Positions 17,699 to 26,794 of a DNA stretch of 64,000 nucleotides are shown here, piece by piece (the first letter of the stretch is position 1; each line of letters opens with the position of its first letter). Where the stretch lies: the NCBI GenBank assembly GCA_965228735.1, contig OZ245838.1:6752001-6816000 (forward strand), written 5' to 3'. Made by a program: the position numbers and the translations under genes. The stretch is from Planctomycetota bacterium. GTDB lineage: Bacteria; Planctomycetota; UBA1135; UBA2386. A model generated the notes under the pieces. It was given only the letters and a program-made list of their open reading frames with translations, had not been told where the DNA came from and did no database searches.

Positions 17699-20287
17699 TT
17701 ACCGCCCGACGCTGTTCACGACGTCCGTGATCTGCGCACGCACCATGACCATCAGGCTCTTGTTCTCGTCCACCGAGCCCTCCTGCTTGAACAGGAACGA
17801 GATCAGCGGCAGGCGCGCGAGCAGCGGGACCTCGGCGCGACGCTCCTTGGTCAGCACCTGGCGCAGACCGCCGAGCAGCACCGTGCCGCCGTCCGGCACC
17901 TTGGCAGTGGTCGAGAAGTTCGTGACCACGAGGTTCGGCAGCTGCAGCGTGACCGGCAGCGTCGAACCCGCGAGCGACGTGGTGAACGTCGGGATCGGGC
18001 GGGTCAGTTCGGCGACCGTCGGGTTGAGGTTGAGGATGATGTACTTCCGGTCCTGCTGGATGACCGGCTGCACGTCGAGCACGATGCCGTCCTGGATCAC
18101 GTCGACCTTCGGGTCGGCGATGAACGCCGCCTGCGCGACCTCGACGTCGAAGTCGCGGACGTAGGCCGTCTGGTTGATCACGGCGACATGGCCGCGCTCG
18201 CGGTTGAGCACCGAGAGGATCTGGCTGTTGACCATCTCGACGTCCTGCTGCTTCTCGACGGCGCGCAGGATCACGTTGAGCTGCAGGTCGTCGAGCAGCG
18301 TCCAGCCGGCCGTCAGACCGCCGGTCGGCGACAGCGCGCGGCTCAGGTCGTTGGCGAAGTAGTTCTCCGTGCGGCCGCGGATGTCACCGTCGCCGCCGTC
18401 GTTGAAGAACGCACCCGCGAGCGGGTTGGCCGCCGGATCGCCCGTGCCGCCGTTGTCGAGGCCGCGCGACGCGTTCGACTGCAGGCCGTTGGTCACGTCG
18501 TCGAGCGGCACGACCGTGCCCTTGTTGCCCGAGCCGCCGAGGCCGCGGATGTCGATGCCGACCTCGCTCAGGAAGTTACGCGAGATCGTCAGGAACTTGC
18601 TGTCGATCGTGACGATCGGCGTCGCGAAGCGGCGCATGTCGTTGAGCACCGTCTCGACCTGGGCCTGCATCTCCGGCGTCGCGGTGACCGCGAGGAAGCC
18701 CGAGTCCTCGGCGCGGATCTCGACGCCGTCACCGTCCCAGTAGATCGGGTCGGTCGCCTCGCGAACGTTGGTCACGAGGTCGGCGATCTCGATGTAGGAG
18801 ACCGGGTCCTCGCCCTCGCCACCCGTGCGCGGCACGTCGTCGAAGCCGTCCTCACCCGGGATGTCGCGGATCTTCGGCGGCAGGAACTGCGTGCGCTGGA
18901 AGACCAGGTCGCTGACCGGGTAGATCTCGGTCGTCAGCGTGCCGGCGGCCTGCGACTTGTCGCCGATCAGGATGACGCCGTTCTTGACCGTCCACGCCAG
19001 GTTCTCCGTGCGGTCGGTCATGTGGTTGAGGAAGTCGCGCAGCGTGACCGAGCCGACGAGCTCGATCGCGAGCACCATCGACTCGGTGTCGATGATGTCG
19101 CGCGCTTCCGGCGTCACGATGATCTGCAGCTGCGTGCGCAGGCTCAGATTGCGGATCACGTCGAGGTAGGCGCCCGTGTCCTCCGTGTAGGTCAGCTTGC
19201 CGACCTGCATCGTGTTGACCTGGTCCCAGACCGCCTGGTCCATCGGGTCCATGACGGCCGTCGTCGAACGGCGCGCCTTGCGGCCGTTGGCCCGCGCCCA
19301 GACCGCGAGGTCCATCTCGAGCACCGCCGTCTGCGGCACCTTGAGCTCCTCGTCCGCCTCCAGCATGCGGCGGATCGCCCGCGCGCGCTGCAGGTAGTAC
19401 TGCTGGTTGCTGTCCTCACGCGCGGCCTTGACCGCGGCGTTGTGCATCTCGGACGCGATCACGCTCGACGGATCGACGTCCTTCGCGCGCGTCGCGAGTT
19501 CTTGCGCGTAGGCGAAGCGCTGGTTCTCGAACGCCTTCTGCGCTTCGAGGATCAGCGCATCGTGCTGATCGCGGCGGCGCTTCTCGGCGGCCTCGTTCTC
19601 GGCGCGCAGACGCTCGGCGAGGCGGGCGCTCTCGGCCTCCTGGCTCGCCTTGACCTGCTCGTCGTAGAGCCCCTGCATCTCGTCCGTCTTGGCCGTGACG
19701 CGCTGCGGCAGATCCTGCCAGTCGACGAGGTCCTTGAGCTCGATGACCTGCGCCGCGATGCGCAGCTCCTCGAGCGCGCCGGCGTAGTCCATCGTGGCCG
19801 CGAGCTCGTCGGCCTTCTGCAGCTGCATCTCGACGTTGGTGCGCGCGCGGTCTTCGCCGATCTGGCGCAGACGCGTCTGCTCCTCGGCGAAGCTCACGAC
19901 CGTGCCGACCGGCTCACCGAGCTCGGCCTGCACGCTGATCAGCAGCTCGGCGATCTCGGTGTTGCCGGGCGCCATGCTCACCGCCTTCTGCAGCTCGCGC
20001 TTGGCCGCTTCGAGCTGGCCGCGCGTGCGCAGGGATTGCGCGTTGCTGACGTATCGCTCGACGAGCACCGCGCGGCGCTGCGCGTCGACGCCCTGCGGGT
20101 CCTGCGCCGCGCCACCGGCATTGCCGCTGTTGGCCATGCCGGGGTTGCCGCCCGTGTCGCCGCCAGGGTTGTTGGCCGCGGGGGTCGGGTCCGCCGGCTG
20201 CGGGTCGGCCGGCGACATGGAGCAGGAAGCGCCGAGCAGTGCGGCGATCAAAGAGACAGCGAGAAGGCGCGATTGTTCGAGGGCCAT
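17699..20287 (-). CDS. Lipoprotein secretin (GspD/PilQ-like C-terminus) with helical/TPR-like N-terminus, paralogue 1
   Basis: Lipobox LLGASC; N3-like LAVTATPEMQAQVETVLNDMR; IVTIDSKFL; GIVLDVQPVI; TTAKVPDGGTVLLGGL; VPLLARLPLISFLF. Confidence 0.88.
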   Translation of the reverse strand: MALEQSRLLAVSLIAALLGASCSMSPADPQPADPTPAANNPGGDTGGNPGMANSGNAGGAAQDPQGVDAQRRAVLVERYVSNAQSLRTRGQLEAAKRELQKAVSMAPGNTEIAELLISVQAELGEPVGTVVSFAEEQTRLRQIGEDRARTNVEMQLQKADELAATMDYAGALEELRIAAQVIELKDLVDWQDLPQRVTAKTDEMQGLYDEQVKASQEAESARLAERLRAENEAAEKRRRDQHDALILEAQKAFENQRFAYAQELATRAKDVDPSSVIASEMHNAAVKAAREDSNQQYYLQRARAIRRMLEADEELKVPQTAVLEMDLAVWARANGRKARRSTTAVMDPMDQAVWDQVNTMQVGKLTYTEDTGAYLDVIRNLSLRTQLQIIVTPEARDIIDTESMVLAIELVGSVTLRDFLNHMTDRTENLAWTVKNGVILIGDKSQAAGTLTTEIYPVSDLVFQRTQFLPPKIRDIPGEDGFDDVPRTGGEGEDPVSYIEIADLVTNVREATDPIYWDGDGVEIRAEDSGFLAVTATPEMQAQVETVLNDMRRFATPIVTIDSKFLTISRNFLSEVGIDIRGLGGSGNKGTVVPLDDVTNGLQSNASRGLDNGGTGDPAANPLAGAFFNDGGDGDIRGRTENYFANDLSRALSPTGGLTAGWTLLDDLQLNVILRAVEKQQDVEMVNSQILSVLNRERGHVAVINQTAYVRDFDVEVAQAAFIADPKVDVIQDGIVLDVQPVIQQDRKYIILNLNPTVAELTRPIPTFTTSLAGSTLPVTLQLPNLVVTNFSTTAKVPDGGTVLLGGLRQVLTKERRAEVPLLARLPLISFLFKQEGSVDENKSLMVMVRAQITDVVNSVGR

Positions 20288-20678
20288 CGGGTCACTCGGT
20301 GCGTGCAGAAGGGCTGAAGGAGCTGCGTCGTTGCAGCTCCCGTGCCCACGTGTCGAGAGGGGCTGAGTGCCGGCACGTGGACGGGACGAAACGACCGCTA
20401 GCTGGGGGCAGGCGGCCGGGAGGGACCGGAAACCTATCTACGGCCAGGGACCGGTGCCAGCGCTTTTTCAAGGTTGGAAGTCGTTGGCAAGGCCGGCGCT
20501 GGGGCCGATTTGCGGGGCGGCGCGGTTGCCCCGGGGCAGCGTTGCGCCGGAGCCCATGCGGCCCGGGTCGCGACGGGCGGCCCGGGTTCGCCGAGGTGTC
20601 GCCGGAGGGGGCTCTGGCGGGCCATGCGGCGCTCTCGGCCAGGGCCGCGCGAGCGCGGGCCCGGTCCTTTCGGCCCGC

Positions 20679-22244
20679 TCAGCGGCCCGTCAGCTCGTCG
20701 AGGATCGCGCGCGAGCGGGGGTGGGCCTCGCAGACTGTTCGGTCGCGTCGGTCGCGCGCGTGTGGGTCGGCGCCCGCGGCCAGCAGCACGCGGACGACGG
20801 GCCGCGGATCGACGCTGCGCCCGCACTGGAACGCGTGGAACAACGGCGACGCTCCCGTCTTCTCGTCGGGTCGGTCGACGTCGGCGCCGGCGTCGAGCAG
20901 CGCGGCGACCGTCGCCGCGAACCCGGCCTTCGCCGCGAAGTGCAGCGCGGCGCGGCGCCAGTACGGGTGCACGCGGTCGGGGTCGGCGCCGCAGTCCAGC
21001 AGCGCGCGCACGTACTCGGCGTCGTCCTTCTGCGCGTGGTTGCCGGTGCAGCTCTGCCACTGCCAGCTGCTCCACGGGTCGGATTCGTAGTTCACGTCCG
21101 CGCCGTGCTCCAGCAGCAGCGGCGCGAGATCGCCGTCGAGCACCCAGCGGCCGCAGCCGACGCGGGTCGCGTCGGCGCCGCGATCGAGGAGTTGCCGCAG
21201 CAGCTCGGGGTCGGGGGCCTCGGCCGCGTGCCGCACGAGTTCGTGGCTGCGTTCGCCGACCGTGGCGCCGCGGTCGAGCAGAAGCGTTGCGGTCATCGGC
21301 TGGTCGTGCAGGACGGCATGGTAGAGCGGCGTCAGTCCGAGGATGTCGTCAGCCGGGTCGGGCGTCTCGAGCAGTTCGGGGTGGGCGTCGAGCCAGCGCG
21401 ACACGCCGATCCGATCGCCGAGGGTCGCGGCCGTGAAGATGTCGTCGCGCGCGCCGAGCTCGAACAGCAGCTCGGCCGCCGCGGTCTTGCGCTGCCGCAG
21501 CGCGCCGCACAGCGGGGTCGCGAGCGGGCCGCTCCAGTCGATCGAGGTCGCGGCCGCCGGATCGGCACCCGCTTCGACGAGAACGGCGATCACCTCGACC
21601 CGACCGCGCGTCGCCGCGAGGTAGAGCAGGCTCGGGCTGCCCCACGCAGGTTCCAGCAGTTGCGGTCGTTCGGCGAGTGCAGTGCGGATCGCGGCGACGT
21701 CGCCCTTCTTCGCGGCCTTGACCGCCGCGTCGTGGACCGGGTCCTTGCCGCAGCGATGGCGGTCGGGGTCGGGCGGGCCCGTCGGGTCCTCGTCGTTGAC
21801 GAACGCGGTCGCGAGCGGCCGCAGGGTCGCGTGGATCTCGTCGCGCAGATCATTCGATACGCCGGCCATTCGCAGCGCGCGTTCGAAGTGGCCGAGCCAG
21901 CGCTGCGCGTCGCGCGGCGCGATCCGCGCGTGGCGGTGGCGCAGCCGCAGCCCGGCGCGCGCGCGGTGGCGCGAGTAGAGCGGTTCGCCGCCGAACCACT
22001 CCTCGAAGAACATCACCTGGTTCTGCCGTTCGAGCGCCTGGTCGCGCCGGAACATCGGGCGCAGCACCGGGTCGTCGTGGATGCCGTCGTAGAGGCCCTG
22101 CACGATCCGAGCCACGGTCTCGCGGCCGCCGAGCCGGTCGAACAGCGCCGGGTCGGGGCGGAGCCGGTCGACCTGCAGGTGCAGGCCGCCGCGGTGGGCG
22201 AGGGTGGGGTGGGGGGCGTCACCCGCGGGGTGGGGTGGCATCAT
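20679..22244 (-). CDS. Group II truncated haemoglobin fused to ankyrin repeats
   Basis: LFDRLGG...LYDGIHDDPVLRPMF...WFGGEPLYS...LRLRH (proximal His)...AQRWL, followed by ankyrin repeats TPLCGA, TPLYHAV, AALHFAAKAG...LLDAGADVD, SPLFHA. GAGGT RBS before ATG 22244. Confidence 0.85.
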   Translation of the reverse strand: MMPPHPAGDAPHPTLAHRGGLHLQVDRLRPDPALFDRLGGRETVARIVQGLYDGIHDDPVLRPMFRRDQALERQNQVMFFEEWFGGEPLYSRHRARAGLRLRHRHARIAPRDAQRWLGHFERALRMAGVSNDLRDEIHATLRPLATAFVNDEDPTGPPDPDRHRCGKDPVHDAAVKAAKKGDVAAIRTALAERPQLLEPAWGSPSLLYLAATRGRVEVIAVLVEAGADPAAATSIDWSGPLATPLCGALRQRKTAAAELLFELGARDDIFTAATLGDRIGVSRWLDAHPELLETPDPADDILGLTPLYHAVLHDQPMTATLLLDRGATVGERSHELVRHAAEAPDPELLRQLLDRGADATRVGCGRWVLDGDLAPLLLEHGADVNYESDPWSSWQWQSCTGNHAQKDDAEYVRALLDCGADPDRVHPYWRRAALHFAAKAGFAATVAALLDAGADVDRPDEKTGASPLFHAFQCGRSVDPRPVVRVLLAAGADPHARDRRDRTVCEAHPRSRAILDELTGR

Positions 22245-22251
22245 GGCCACC

Positions 22252-23240
22252 TCACGAGGGGCCGATCACCGCGGTCGCGGCATCGGACAGGGCGGCGCCC
22301 AGCGCGTTGCCGGCCTGTGGATCGAGCACGAGCGCCTGCAGGTGCAGGGTCCAGCCGACGAGGGTGGGCGTCGGCGGAATCGTGACGGCGATGTCGGCGT
22401 GTCCCGCCGTGCCCTGAACGAACAGCATCACCTCCGGCGCGACCCGAAGCGTGCAACCGGGCAGGCCGAATGCACTGAGCTCGAGCGGGAGCGGCCCGAG
22501 GCCCGAGGACGTCGCGTCGGTGCCGAGCGCGACGATTGCCGCCGCGAGGGGCAGGTTGTCGATGCGAACGACGGCCGTCGCGCCGAGGCGCGGCGGCGCG
22601 CTGGCGGTGAGCGTCGCGCGCGGCAGGCTGCCGGCGCACCCGGCGCCCAACGTCTCGAACGACCCCGGACCGAGGATCGCCGCGCCCTCAGGATGTGGAA
22701 CCCATTGGCCGCGACGGAGATCGCCGTGTACTGCACGCCGGCGGGCAACGTCGGCACGGGGGTCAGCCACGTCAGGTTGCCCCACAGCGTGATGCTCCCG
22801 TCACTGCGGAGGCCGGCGGAGAAGCCGGACCCGGCGGCGACTCCGGTGTAGGTCAGGCCGGGCGGCAGGGCCGGGACGTCGCACTGGTGCGAGTGGTTGT
22901 ACCCCCACGCGAGCGCGACGCCGTCGCTGCGGATCGCGAGCGTGTGCCGGTAGCCCGCGGCCACGGTCGTGTAGGTCTGACCGGGCGGCAGCGGCGGCAC
23001 GAGGCATTGGCCCTCGCGGTTTCGGCCCCAGGCCACGAGCGTGCCATCGGGTCGCAGGGCGGCGGTGTGGAACCCGCCGGCCGCGATCGCCGTGAAGCTC
23101 TCGTCGAGCCACGCGTCGTTCGTGACGGTCTCGCCCCACGTGGCGAGGGTCTGGGCGGCGAGCCCGGATGCGAGGCCAGTTGCGAGGCCGGCTGCGAGGC
23201 ACGGCGCAAGAACTGCGGCTGCGGGGGCCCGCATCAGCAT
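22252..23240 (-). pseudogene. Secreted RCC1-repeat protein with the shared C-terminal module, frameshifted near 22690
   Basis: Signal peptide and about four RCC1 units (IAAGGFHTAALRPDGTLVAWGRN) in one frame. The C-terminal module (GSFETLGAGC...LHLQALVLDP...LSDA) lies in another frame ending at 22252. Confidence 0.75.
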
Positions 23241-23393
23241 CCGCCAACCCGGGCGGCGCAGCGGTGAGTGACATCCCATGTCGGGACATCGTAGCCGATC
23301 GTGGTCACTCCGTACACGACTCGGCCCGCCGGGTCCTCGGGGACGCGGCGGGCCGGGTTGGTGCGGCCCCATCGGTCGGGGCGACTCGGGTCG

Positions 23394-23948
23394 CTACTTC
23401 TTGGCGCCGAGGCCGCCGCCGAAGTTGATCTCTTCGAACTCGGCCTCGTTGGCGGCGTCCGCCGTGCGGGCGACGCTCTCGTAGAACACGCCGGGGTGCG
23501 GCTCGATGACGACCGGCATGAGCTTGCGCGTGCCGGGGTTCTTCGGGTCCGGGACGCGGCTCGCCGGGTCACTCGAGATGCGCTTCAGCTCCTTGGCGAC
23601 GTCCTCGATGTCGTGGAGCGGCTTCGGGCCGACCATCCACTTCACCTTGTAGTTCTCCATGACGAAGCGATACGGGCGGTCGTTGTTGGGGTTGAGGTCG
23701 TTCGGCCCCATGCCGTTCGGATACTTGGGAGAGCCCTGCGATTCGACGTAGATGCCCACGGAGAGCTGCTCCATCGGCTCGACCTGCGTCGACTGGCTGC
23801 CCTTGTCCTTCGGCAGGTAGGCGGGGAGCTTGGCTTCGAGCACTTTGAACTCGATGCAGAGGAAGAAAATGATCATCAGGAAGACGCAGTCGATCATCGG
23901 CGTCATGTCCGCCTTGGCTTCTTCCTGTGCGTCGTCGATGGCACTCAT
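23394..23948 (-). CDS. exbD: ExbD/TolR family protein 2
   Basis: DMTPMIDCVFLMIIFFL TM helix with the conserved Asp; starts immediately after the stop of the upstream exbD. Confidence 0.88.
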   Translation of the reverse strand: MSAIDDAQEEAKADMTPMIDCVFLMIIFFLCIEFKVLEAKLPAYLPKDKGSQSTQVEPMEQLSVGIYVESQGSPKYPNGMGPNDLNPNNDRPYRFVMENYKVKWMVGPKPLHDIEDVAKELKRISSDPASRVPDPKNPGTRKLMPVVIEPHPGVFYESVARTADAANEAEFEEINFGGGLGAKK

Positions 23949-24491
23949 CTACTTGCCCTCCAGCAGACTCTTGTTCTTCTCTTTGGTTTCCTTGTCCTCT
24001 TCGGACAGGGCGAGCTCGACCTTCCAGAACGCGATGTGCGGCTGGCTGCACTGCTTCATGATCTCGCCGATGTAGTGCCACTCGGTCCACTTGTCGGCGC
24101 GGATCAGGATCGGGTCGTCGATCAGCTTGACCATCTTGCCGCCGATGTCCTCGTCGACGATCTTGAGCTTGCCGGTCAGTTCGCCCTCGCGGCGGATGTT
24201 CTCGAGCAGGATGCGGATCTTGGTGTAGTCCTTGCCGTCGACGAGCGCGTCGTAGATCACTTCGCCCTCGAAGATCACCGAGCCGTTCTGCAGCACGTTG
24301 ATGATCGGCCGGTTCTCGGGCGGCTGGTCATCGGGCTCCTGGAACTCCGCGCGCGGCAGGATCAGGTCCTCGAGGTTCTTCTGGCTCAGGTCGATGACCA
24401 ACACGAAGAAGATCATCAACAGGAACACGCAATCGATCATGGGCGTCATGTCCATGTCGAGCTGCTCCTGAGCGACTTTTTGCATGTCCAT
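23949..24491 (-). CDS. exbD: ExbD/TolR family protein 1
   Basis: DMTPMIDCVFLLMIFFVL; ILIRADK; AGGAGG RBS. Confidence 0.92.
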   Translation of the reverse strand: MDMQKVAQEQLDMDMTPMIDCVFLLMIFFVLVIDLSQKNLEDLILPRAEFQEPDDQPPENRPIINVLQNGSVIFEGEVIYDALVDGKDYTKIRILLENIRREGELTGKLKIVDEDIGGKMVKLIDDPILIRADKWTEWHYIGEIMKQCSQPHIAFWKVELALSEEDKETKEKNKSLLEGK

Positions 24492-24603
24492 TGGTTCGCC
24501 TCCTTTGGCGGTAGGACTTCAGTAGGAGTTGGGAACGCGGACCGACGCCCGATGGTTCAACCCGCTGGCGCGCGGGTCGACTGCCGGGCGTCGATGCTGG
24601 CTC

Positions 24604-25332
24604 CTACTTGCGGAACCGCTCGAACAGGTCTTCCGTGACCGCGTTGATCTCGGTCGACGTGCGGATGACGCGGTTGCGCAGCGTGAAGAACGCGACGCCG
24701 ACCGGGATGGCGACCGTCAGACCGAACATGGTCGTGATGAGCGCCATCTTGATGCCGCCCGCGAGCTGTGCCGGCGACACCGAGCCGCCCGCGTCGGCGA
24801 TCTTGCCGAACGTGACGAACATGCCCGACACCGTGCCGAACAGACCCATCATCGGCGCGATGGCCGAGATCAGCGACAGCCAGCCGATCTTCTGGAACAG
24901 CTTGACCGACTCCTCGGTCTGCATTTCACGAACCGACGTCTGGATCGTCTCGTGCGGGTGGCCGAGCTTGGCCAGGCCGGCGCCGACGACGTTCGTCAGG
25001 TAGTTCTTCTCCTGCTCGCAGAGCTCGACGGCGTCCTGGAAGCTCTCGCCGTCGAACAGCGCTTCGAGCTCGTCGATCAGGTCCGGCGGCGCGAGCTTGT
25101 CGCGCTTGATCGTCATGAAGTTCTCGATGATCAGCGCGACGGCGACGATCGAGAGGACGATGATGAGGTAGCCGATCGGGCCGGCGTTGTCCCACTTGAA
25201 GACCTCGATGATCGGGCTCGAGGACTTGCTGCCCTCACCGCCTTCGGCTTCCTGGGCAAGCAGCGAGGTTGCCAGGACGAGCGGCGTGCCGACGGCAAGG
25301 AGACGAACGAAGGGCACTTGGTTCAGGATCAT
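24604..25332 (-). CDS. exbB: MotA/TolQ/ExbB proton-channel protein
   Basis: IAPMMGLFGTVSGM and LAGGIKMALITTMFGLTVAIP; N-terminal cleavable-looking signal peptide. Confidence 0.92.
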   Translation of the reverse strand: MILNQVPFVRLLAVGTPLVLATSLLAQEAEGGEGSKSSSPIIEVFKWDNAGPIGYLIIVLSIVAVALIIENFMTIKRDKLAPPDLIDELEALFDGESFQDAVELCEQEKNYLTNVVGAGLAKLGHPHETIQTSVREMQTEESVKLFQKIGWLSLISAIAPMMGLFGTVSGMFVTFGKIADAGGSVSPAQLAGGIKMALITTMFGLTVAIPVGVAFFTLRNRVIRTSTEINAVTEDLFERFRK

Positions 25333-25604
25333 GGTGACGCGATGGCTGCGTTCCGTTCACGCAGCAGTTCAGTTAGGGGAGAGGGGGATACGAACAGCGA
25401 GCCACCGGCGATCGGTCGGCCTGGGTTGGACCGGCGAGGGGCTGGACGCCGAGAGGCAAGAAGGGGGACACCCGAAAGGGGGGCCAGAGTTTGCGGCAGA
25501 AGGCCGGACTGGGGAAGTCCCTAGGGCAGAAACCTGGGGACGGAAAACGGGGTGGTGGCGCCGCGGGCGGCGCCACCCGATGGGGTGCGGACAGCCGCTC
25601 GGCG

Positions 25605-26777
25605 CTACTGCTCCAGGGCCGCTTTGGCCCTGCTGGCCCATTCGGTCCTGGGGTAGTGCTGGACGACCCGGCGGAAGTAGGCTTGCGCGCGCGCCTTGAA
25701 CTCGTCGCCCTCGCGCGCTTGCCCGAGCTCGAGCTGGCAGCGGCCGAGGAAGTAGTTCGCGCGGGCGCTGGTGTCGCCACCGAGCGAGTCCATGACCGCG
25801 GCGCGGGCGAGCGCGAGCTGGGCCTTGCGCAGCATGGCCGGCTCCTTGTTGCCGCCCATCGCCTTGAGGAAGACCGCCTGGCCCTCACCGGCCCACGCGG
25901 CCGCGGCGAGACCCATGTCCTTGCTCTGCGTCAGGCCGTGGAAGAACGACTCGGCCCGCTGGAAGTTCTCGTCGGTGAGGAAGGTCTCGCCCTCGCCGAT
26001 CTTGCTGAGCACCTGCAGTTGCTTCAGTTCTTCCTCGTCGCCGGGCGAGTTCTGCATCGCGCTCTCGGCGGCCGAGTGGGCCGTCTGGAACTGCGTGCGG
26101 GCTTCGCCGGTCTTGTTGTTGGACGCGAGCGTCAGGCCGAGCTCGTACTTGGCACGGGCACTCCACACCGACCCGAACGCTTCGGCGATGGCGCGATCAT
26201 CGAGGGTCTTGAGCACCGTCGCGGCGTCGTCGCCCTTCTGCGCGAGCCGCAGCGCGCGGCCCGCGAGCAGCAGCGCTTCGGGAACGCGCCAATGGTCGTT
26301 GTTGGCCGTGACCCACGCCTGCGCGCGCTCGGCGGCCGTGGCTGCCGCGCTCGCGTCCGTGATCGCGGCGACCGCCGCCTTGATCTGGAAGAACTCGCAG
26401 TCGGTCACGACGAGCGGGCGCTTCGCCGCGCTGGCCGCTTCGCCGAACATCTGCGTCGCGGTGTCGAAGTCGCCGCGCTCGAGCGCGGCGCGGCCGATGA
26501 TGAACGGCTCGGGCAGGTTGCCCCACTCGACGCTCGCGACCGTGCGGCCGGGGATCTCGACCTCTTCGCCACCCTTCTTGGTGGCCTTGACCGTCTCGCG
26601 CTTGAACTCGGTGATCTCGATGCCGCGCATCGTCGCGCCGTTCTTGCGCACGAGGACGTCGCTCTGCGCGGGCGCCGGCGTCACGAACACAGTGGCCGCG
26701 ATGGTGGCGGTCAGGAGGAGCTTCCTGGCAAGGACAGGCTTCCCGGCGAGGGGCTTCATGGTGTTGTCGGTTTGCAT
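25605..26777 (-). CDS. Exported TPR-like protein
   Basis: Start at MQTDNT or MKPL (26759); signal peptide ending TPAPAQ; helical repeats; C-terminal FRRVVQHYPRTEWASRA resembling BamD/CpoB-type TPR ends. Confidence 0.8.
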   Translation of the reverse strand: MQTDNTMKPLAGKPVLARKLLLTATIAATVFVTPAPAQSDVLVRKNGATMRGIEITEFKRETVKATKKGGEEVEIPGRTVASVEWGNLPEPFIIGRAALERGDFDTATQMFGEAASAAKRPLVVTDCEFFQIKAAVAAITDASAAATAAERAQAWVTANNDHWRVPEALLLAGRALRLAQKGDDAATVLKTLDDRAIAEAFGSVWSARAKYELGLTLASNNKTGEARTQFQTAHSAAESAMQNSPGDEEELKQLQVLSKIGEGETFLTDENFQRAESFFHGLTQSKDMGLAAAAWAGEGQAVFLKAMGGNKEPAMLRKAQLALARAAVMDSLGGDTSARANYFLGRCQLELGQAREGDEFKARAQAYFRRVVQHYPRTEWASRAKAALEQ

Positions 26778-26794
26778 CGTTCGGGTGCTCCGGA

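Noticed and set aside
22670..22710. Programmed -1 frameshift in the RCC1 gene
   Set aside because: There is no X XXY YYZ slippery heptamer at the junction, and the propeller looks incomplete, so a deletion or an error is more likely.
23394..25332. Ordinary Tol-Pal or TonB uptake operon
   Set aside because: No TolA/TolB/Pal, TonB or TonB-dependent receptor is adjacent; the neighbours are TPR proteins and secretins.
25333..25604. Structured ncRNA or riboswitch in the G-rich spacer upstream of exbB
   Set aside because: The strand purine skew is visible, but I could not recognise any conserved riboswitch or RNA-family motif.
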